Source of the DNA: a virus
Lineage: Duplodnaviria > Heunggongvirae > Uroviricota > Caudoviricetes
Virus record (IMG/VR): IMGVR_UViG_3300007747_000074
Span: 1-21,308 of that record
Length of the DNA stretch: 21,308 bases
Strand: one strand, 5' to 3'
Shown here: positions 15,861-21,308 of the stretch, piece by piece
How the letters are laid out: each line of letters starts with the position of its first letter
Numbering within the stretch: position 1 is the stretch's first letter
Translations under genes and position numbers: made by a program
Notes under the pieces: model-generated
What the model was told of the DNA's origin: nothing
Databases searched by the model: none
Seen by the model: only the letters and a program-made list of their open reading frames with translations

Positions 15861-15933
15861 ATGAACAGTGTGTATCCGGCAAGATCATTCACTGAACAAA
15901 ACGAATTTTAATCTGAGTTGAGGTTAAAAAACA

Positions 15934-18534
15934 ATGAGCACAAAACCACTCTTCCTGTTACGGAAAGCGAAAAAATCATCCGGTGAACCTGACGTCGTCC
16001 TGTGGGCAAGCAACGATTTTGAATCGACCTGTGCCACTCTGGACTACCTGATCGTTAAGTCAGGTAAAAAACTGAGCAGCTATTTTAAAGCTGTTGCCAC
16101 GAATTTTCCTGTCGTTAATGACCTGCCCGCTGAAGGTGAGATCGATTTTACCTGGAGTGAACGCTATCAACTCAGCAAAGACTCCATGACATGGGAACTA
16201 AAACCGGGAGCAGCACCAGACAACGCTCACTATCAAGGCAATACCAACGTCAACGGCGAAGACATGACTGAGATTGAGGAGAATATGCTACTCCCAATTT
16301 CTGGCCAGGAACTGCCCATTCGTTGGCTTGCTCAACACGGCAGCGAAAAACCGGTAACGCACGTTTCACGCGACGGACTCCAGGCATTACACATTGCTCG
16401 GGCTGAAGAACTACCGGCTGTTACTGCCCTGGCTGTTTCCCACAAAACCAGCCTGCTCGACCCGCTGGAAATTCGCGAACTCCACAAACTGGTTCGTGAC
16501 ACTGACAAAGTTTTCCCTAATCCTGGTAATTCAAACCTGGGACTGATAACTGCTTTTTTCGAAGCATACCTGAACGCTGACTACACCGATCGAGGACTGC
16601 TGACAAAAGAGTGGATGAAGGGTAATCGTGTTTCACACATCACTCGCACGGCTTCCGGTGCTAATGCTGGCGGCGGAAACCTCACCGATCGCGGCGAAGG
16701 TTTCGTACACGATCTGACGTCACTGGCGCGCGACGTAGCCACTGGCGTACTGGCCCGTTCAATGGATCTGGACATCTATAACCTTCATCCGGCACACGCT
16801 AAACGCATTGAGGAAATTATCGCTGAAAATAAACCGCCCTTTTCTGTTTTCCGCGACAAATTCATCACCATGCCTGGCGGGCTGGATTATTCCCGCGCCA
16901 TCGTGGTTGCGTCCGTAAAAGAAGCACCAATTGGGATCGAGGTCATCCCCGCGCACGTCACTGAATATCTGAACAAAGTACTGACTGAAACCGATCATGC
17001 CAACCCTGATCCGGAAATCGTGGATATTGCCTGCGGTCGCTCCTCTGCCCCGATGCCGCAGCGAGTAACAGAAGAAGGAAAACAGGATGATGAAGAAAAA
17101 CCGCAACCATCTGGAACAACGGCAGTTGAACAGGGAGAGGCTGAAACAATGGAACCGGACGCAACTGAACATCATCAGGACACGCAGCCGCTGGATGCTC
17201 AGTCACAGGTAAATTCTGTTGATGCGAAATATCAGGAACTGCGGGCAGAACTCCATGAAGCCCGGAAAAACATTCCATCAAAAAATCCTGTCGATGCCGA
17301 TAAATTGCTTGCTGCATCACGTGGTGAATTTGTTGACGGAATTAGCGACCCGAACGATCCGAAATGGGTAAAGGGGATCCAGACTCGCGATTGTGTGTAC
17401 CAGAACCAGCCAGAAACGGAAAAAACCAGCCCGGATATGAATCAACCTGAGCCAGTAGTGCAACAGGAACCGGAAATAGCCTGCAATGCCTGCGGCCAGA
17501 CTGGCGGGGATAACTGCCCTGACTGTGGTGCGGTGATGGGCGACGCAACATACCAGGAAACATTCGATGAAGAGAGTCAGGTTGAAGCTAAGGAAAATGA
17601 TCCGGAGGAAATGGAAGGCGCTGAACATCCGCACAATGAGAATGCTGGCAGCGATCCGCATCGCGATTGCAGTGATGAAACTGGCGAAGTCGCAGATCCC
17701 GTAATCGTAGAAGACATAGAGCCAGGTATTTATTACGGAATTTCGAATGAGAATTACCACGCGGGTCCCGGTGTCAGTAAGTCTCAGCTCGATGACATTG
17801 CTGATACTCCGGCACTGTATTTGTGGCGTAAAAATGCCCCCGTGGACACCACAAAGACAAAAACGCTCGATTTAGGAACCGCTTTCCACTGCCGGGTACT
17901 TGAGCCGGAAGAATTCAGTAACCGCTTTATCGTAGCACCTGAATTTAACCGCCGGACAAACTCCGGAAAAGAAGAAGAGAAAGCGTTTCTGAGGGAATGC
18001 GCAAGCACAGGAAAAACGGTTATCACTGCCGAAGAAGGCCGGAAAATTGAACTCATGTATCAGAGCGTTATGGCTTTGCCGCTGGGGCAATGGCTTGTTG
18101 AAAGCGCCGGACACGCTGAATCATCAATTTACTGGGAAGATCCTGAAACAGCAATTTTGTGTCGGTGCCGTCCGGACAAAATTATCCCTGAATTTCACTG
18201 GATCATGGACGTGAAAACTACGGCGGATATTCAACGATTCAAAACCGCTTATTACGACTACCGCTATCACGTTCAGGATGCATTCTACAGTGACGGTTAT
18301 GAAGCACAGTTTGGAGTGCAGCCAACTTTCGTTTTTCTGGTTGCCAGCACAACTATTGAATGCGGACGTTATCCGGTTGAAATTTTCATGATGGGCGAAG
18401 AAGCAAAACTGGCAGGTCAGCTGGAATATCACCGCAATCTGCGAACCCTGGCTGACTGCCTCAATACCGATGAATGGCCAGCTATTAAGACGTTATCACT
18501 GCCCCGCTGGGCTAAGGAATATGCAAATGACTAA
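15934..18534 (+). CDS. recE: Exodeoxyribonuclease VIII (RecE), full length
   Basis: 866-aa uninterrupted ORF with the large acidic/low-complexity N-terminal region and C-terminal nuclease domain, colinear with K-12 RecE as I recall it; gagg SD about 10 nt upstream. Confidence 0.95.
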   Translation: MSTKPLFLLRKAKKSSGEPDVVLWASNDFESTCATLDYLIVKSGKKLSSYFKAVATNFPVVNDLPAEGEIDFTWSERYQLSKDSMTWELKPGAAPDNAHYQGNTNVNGEDMTEIEENMLLPISGQELPIRWLAQHGSEKPVTHVSRDGLQALHIARAEELPAVTALAVSHKTSLLDPLEIRELHKLVRDTDKVFPNPGNSNLGLITAFFEAYLNADYTDRGLLTKEWMKGNRVSHITRTASGANAGGGNLTDRGEGFVHDLTSLARDVATGVLARSMDLDIYNLHPAHAKRIEEIIAENKPPFSVFRDKFITMPGGLDYSRAIVVASVKEAPIGIEVIPAHVTEYLNKVLTETDHANPDPEIVDIACGRSSAPMPQRVTEEGKQDDEEKPQPSGTTAVEQGEAETMEPDATEHHQDTQPLDAQSQVNSVDAKYQELRAELHEARKNIPSKNPVDADKLLAASRGEFVDGISDPNDPKWVKGIQTRDCVYQNQPETEKTSPDMNQPEPVVQQEPEIACNACGQTGGDNCPDCGAVMGDATYQETFDEESQVEAKENDPEEMEGAEHPHNENAGSDPHRDCSDETGEVADPVIVEDIEPGIYYGISNENYHAGPGVSKSQLDDIADTPALYLWRKNAPVDTTKTKTLDLGTAFHCRVLEPEEFSNRFIVAPEFNRRTNSGKEEEKAFLRECASTGKTVITAEEGRKIELMYQSVMALPLGQWLVESAGHAESSIYWEDPETAILCRCRPDKIIPEFHWIMDVKTTADIQRFKTAYYDYRYHVQDAFYSDGYEAQFGVQPTFVFLVASTTIECGRYPVEIFMMGEEAKLAGQLEYHRNLRTLADCLNTDEWPAIKTLSLPRWAKEYAND

Positions 18535-19336
18535 GCAACCACCAATCGCAAAAGCCGATCTGCAAAAAACTCAGGGAAACCGTGCACCAGCAGCAATTAA
18601 AAATAACGACGTGATTAGTTTTATTAACCAGCCATCAATGAAAGAGCAACTGGCAGCAGCTCTTCCACGCCATATGACGGCTGAACGTATGATCCGTATC
18701 GCCACCACAGAAATTCGTAAAGTTCCGGCGTTAGGAAACTGTGACACTATGAGTTTTGTCAGTGCAATCGTACAGTGTTCACAGCTCGGACTTGAGCCCG
18801 GTAGCGCCCTCGGTCATGCATATTTACTGCCTTTTGGTAATAAAAACGAAAAGAGCGGTAAAAAAAACGTTCAGCTAATCATTGGCTATCGCGGCATGAT
18901 TGATCTGGCTCGCCGTTCAGGTCAAATCGCCAGCTTGTCAGCCCGTGTTGTCCGTGAAGGTGACGAGTTTAATTTCGAATTTGGCCTTGATGAAAAGTTA
19001 ATACACCGCCCAGGAGAAAACGAAGATGCCCCTGTTACCCACGTCTATGCTGTCGCAAGACTGAAAGACGGAGGTACTCAGTTTGAAGTTATGACGCGCA
19101 AACAGATTGAGCTGGTGCGCAGCCAGAGTAAAGCTGGTAATAACGGGCCGTGGGTAACTCACTGGGAAGAAATGGCAAAGAAAACGGCTATTCGTCGCCT
19201 GTTCAAATATCTGCCCGTATCAATTGAGATCCAGCGTGCAGTATCAATGGATGAAAAGGAACCACTGACAATCGATCCTGCAGATTCCTCTGTATTAACC
19301 GGGGAATACAGTGTAATCGATAATTCAGAGGAATAA
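18527..19336 (+). CDS. recT: Single-strand annealing recombinase RecT
   Basis: 269 aa from [35 protein letters not shown]...; ATG 18527 overlaps the recE stop (ATGACTAA); ORF-track N-terminal extension from 18470 lies inside recE and is discounted. Confidence 0.95.
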   Translation: MTKQPPIAKADLQKTQGNRAPAAIKNNDVISFINQPSMKEQLAAALPRHMTAERMIRIATTEIRKVPALGNCDTMSFVSAIVQCSQLGLEPGSALGHAYLLPFGNKNEKSGKKNVQLIIGYRGMIDLARRSGQIASLSARVVREGDEFNFEFGLDEKLIHRPGENEDAPVTHVYAVARLKDGGTQFEVMTRKQIELVRSQSKAGNNGPWVTHWEEMAKKTAIRRLFKYLPVSIEIQRAVSMDEKEPLTIDPADSSVLTGEYSVIDNSEE

Positions 19337-19391
19337 TTCAGCCTGGCGGTGTAATGCACCGCCAACTTGAAATATTTTTATGAGAAAAATT

Positions 19392-19541
19392 ATGAGATAT
19401 GACAATGTTAAACCATGTCCATTTTGTGGTTGTCCATCAGTAACGGTGAAAGCCATTTCAGGATATTACCGAGCGAAGTGTAACGGATGCGAATCCCGAA
19501 CCGGTTATGGTGGAAGTGAAAAAGAAGCACTCGAACGATGA
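19392..19541 (+). CDS. ralR: Restriction-alleviation protein RalR/Lar-like, apparently truncated (49 aa) by an in-frame TGA
   Basis: Hand translation MRYDNVKPCPFCGCPSVTVKAISGYYRAKCNGCESRTGYGGSEKEALER-stop (TGA 19539-19541); downstream in the same frame is NKRTTGNNNGGVHV-stop (to 19586), the C-terminus of the 64-aa protein as I recall it. Confidence 0.55.
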   Translation: MRYDNVKPCPFCGCPSVTVKAISGYYRAKCNGCESRTGYGGSEKEALER

Positions 19542-19578
19542 AATAAACGAACCACTGGAAATAATAATGGAGGTGTTC

Positions 19579-19767
19579 ATGTATAAAATTACCGCCACTA
19601 TTGAAAAGGAAGGTGGCACTCCTACTAACTGGACAAGATATTCAAAATCTAAACTAACGAAATCAGAATGCGAAAAAATGCTCTCAGGTAAAAAAGAAGC
19701 AGGCGTTTCCAGAGAGCAGAAAGTAAAACTGATAAATTTTAATTGCGAGAAACTTCAGTCCTCGTGA
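19579..19767 (+). CDS. ydaC: YdaC-like small protein
   Basis: MYKITATIEKEGGTPTNWTRYSKSKLTKSECEKMLSGKKEAGVSREQKVKLINFNCEKLQSS; alternative upstream starts at 19567 and 19507 exist in the ORF; position between ralR and xis. Confidence 0.5.
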   Translation: MYKITATIEKEGGTPTNWTRYSKSKLTKSECEKMLSGKKEAGVSREQKVKLINFNCEKLQSS

Positions 19768-19866
19768 ATTGCATTGTATTCAAATTAAAACTTCATAGCT
19801 GATTATTAATAATCAACATCGGGCGTCAATTTAAGTCTAACATTGGCGCCTGCCAGAGGTGATGCG

Positions 19867-20082
19867 ATGGCACAAGTAATCTTTAATGAAGAGTGGATGG
19901 TTGAATACGGCCTGATGCTTCGCACTGGTCTGGGGGCCAGACAAATTGAAGCATACCGCCAGAACTGTTGGGTGGAAGGCTTCCACTTCAAACGAGTATC
20001 TCCTTTAGGGAAGCCAGACAGTAAGCGAGGGATTATCTGGTATAACTATCCAAAGATAAATCAGTTTATCAAAGACTCATGA
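19867..20082 (+). CDS. xisR: Excisionase
   Basis: 71 aa from [55 protein letters not shown]...; SD gaggtg upstream; immediately 5' of the integrase; ORF first ATG is at 19843. Confidence 0.8.
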   Translation: MAQVIFNEEWMVEYGLMLRTGLGARQIEAYRQNCWVEGFHFKRVSPLGKPDSKRGIIWYNYPKINQFIKDS

Positions 20083-20083
20083 T

Positions 20084-21308
20084 ATGTCTAAATTACCAAC
20101 AGGTGTCGAGATTCGAGGTAAATACATTCGCATCTGGTTCATGTTTCGAGGAAAACGATGTCGGGAAACATTGAAAGGCTGGGAGGTTACTAACAGTAAC
20201 ATTAAAAAAGCCGGGAATTTAAGAGCGTTGATAGTTCATGAAATCAATTCCGGTGAGTTTGAGTATTTAAGACGTTTTCCCCAGTCCAGCACTGGGGCAA
20301 AAATGGTGACAACGAGGGTCATAAAAACGTTCGGGGAGCTTTGTGATATCTGGACAAAAATTAAAGAAACAGAGTTAACAACAAACACAATGAAGAAAAC
20401 GAAATCACAATTAAAAACACTCAGGATAATAATTTGTGAGAGTACTCCGATATCGCATATTCGTTATAGCGATATCTTAAACTACCGGAATGAACTGCTG
20501 CATGGAGAAACGCTTTACCTGGATAATCCAAGATCCAACAAAAAAGGAAGAACCGTGCGCACAGTTGATAACTATATCGCCCTGCTCTGTTCGTTGTTAC
20601 GTTTTGCGTATCAGTCGGGATTTATATCAACCAAACCATTTGAAGGAGTAAAGAAATTACAGAGAAACAGAATAAAGCCTGACCCGTTATCTAAAACAGA
20701 ATTCAATGCATTAATGGAAAGTGAAAAAGGACAGAGCCAGAACTTGTGGAAATTTGCCGTATACTCCGGGCTTCGTCACGGGGAACTGGCTGCTCTGGCG
20801 TGGGAGGATGTGGATTTCGAGAAGGGAGTTGTGAATGTCAGAAGAAACCTGACGATACTGGATATGTTCGGTCCCCCAAAAACAAATGCGGGGATCCGGA
20901 CGGTAACACTACTGCAGCCTGCTCTTGAAGCACTGAAGGAGCAATACAAACTGACCGGGCATCATCGCAAAAGCGAAATCACCTTTTATCATCGGGAGTA
21001 CGGCAGAACCGAAAAGCAAAAACTGCATTTTGTTTTCATGCCCAGGGTGTGTAACGGAAAACAAAAACCTTATTACTCGGTAAGCAGTTTGGGGGCAAGG
21101 TGGAATGCAGCAGTAAAACGTGCTGGTATTCGCCGCCGTAATCCGTACCATACGCGGCATACTTTTGCCTGCTGGCTGTTGACGGCAGGAGCGAACCCGG
21201 CATTTATAGCCAGCCAAATGGGGCATGAAACTGCGCAGATGGTGTATGAAATTTACGGTATGTGGATTGATGACATGAACGACGAACAGGTAGCCATGTT
21301 GAATGCGC
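20084..21308 (+). CDS. intR: Tyrosine integrase, 3'-truncated by the window end
   Basis: ATG 20084 one nt after the xis stop; open frame hand-translated to the window end (408 codons, no stop) giving MSKLPTGVEIRGKYIRIWFMFRGKRCRETLKGW... with C-terminal catalytic-region motifs (..NPYHTRHTFACWLLTAGANPAFIASQMGHETAQMVYEIY..); absent from the ORF track presumably because no stop codon lies in the window. Confidence 0.85.
   Translation, partial: MSKLPTGVEIRGKYIRIWFMFRGKRCRETLKGWEVTNSNIKKAGNLRALIVHEINSGEFEYLRRFPQSSTGAKMVTTRVIKTFGELCDIWTKIKETELTTNTMKKTKSQLKTLRIIICESTPISHIRYSDILNYRNELLHGETLYLDNPRSNKKGRTVRTVDNYIALLCSLLRFAYQSGFISTKPFEGVKKLQRNRIKPDPLSKTEFNALMESEKGQSQNLWKFAVYSGLRHGELAALAWEDVDFEKGVVNVRRNLTILDMFGPPKTNAGIRTVTLLQPALEALKEQYKLTGHHRKSEITFYHREYGRTEKQKLHFVFMPRVCNGKQKPYYSVSSLGARWNAAVKRAGIRRRNPYHTRHTFACWLLTAGANPAFIASQMGHETAQMVYEIYGMWIDDMNDEQVAMLNA

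Noticed and set aside
16581-18432. Several 60-150-aa ORFs on the - strand inside recE (16581-16775, 16759-17175, 16958-17320, 17317-17760, 17784-18056, 17872-18114, 18124-18432)
   Set aside because: All lie antisense within the well-supported 866-aa recE frame, have no RBS context and low-complexity translations; typical shadow ORFs.
1-21308. Search for tRNA genes, CRISPR repeats and IS elements
   Set aside because: By eye I found no T-loop-like GGTTCGAAT motifs in cloverleaf context, no regularly spaced direct repeats with spacers, and no transposase-like ORF or terminal inverted repeats; a tRNAscan/CRISPR finder run would be needed to exclude them.

Overview
The window reads as about 21 kb of a Rac-like lambdoid prophage of Escherichia/Shigella type, in the opposite orientation to the usual E. 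coli K-12 Rac map. All calls come from reading the supplied ORF translations and hand-translating short stretches; no database search was run, and family names rest on recalled homologs. From right to left it contains: a partial integrase (runs off the window end), excisionase, an early-left operon on the + strand (ydaC-like, ralR, recT, recE, racC, ydaE, kilR), sieB on the - strand, two tiny ydaG/ydaF-like genes, and an immunity region with an XRE/DicA-like repressor (+) divergent from a Cro-like HTH gene and a YdaT-like gene (-). Further left are replication genes (O-like initiator with internal palindromes, DnaC-like loader), three genes of unknown function, a KilA-N protein on the opposite strand, and an AT-rich accessory island (degenerate hok-like toxin, YeaR/DUF1971-like gene with an NsrR-like operator, a candidate 28-aa hydrophobic peptide). 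The left end holds nin-type genes, a positionally assigned Q-like antiterminator, a tR'-like terminator, an AT-rich membrane-protein moron immediately upstream of the lysis cassette, then holin, lambda-R-like endolysin, a collapsed Rz/Rz1 spanin remnant, the cargo K+ transporter trkG and a ParB-like protein. No rRNA, tRNA, CRISPR array or IS element was recognised. The best candidates for something undescribed are the moron at 3961-4530, the small-peptide locus around 6336-6690 and the unknown three-gene block at 8921-10698.
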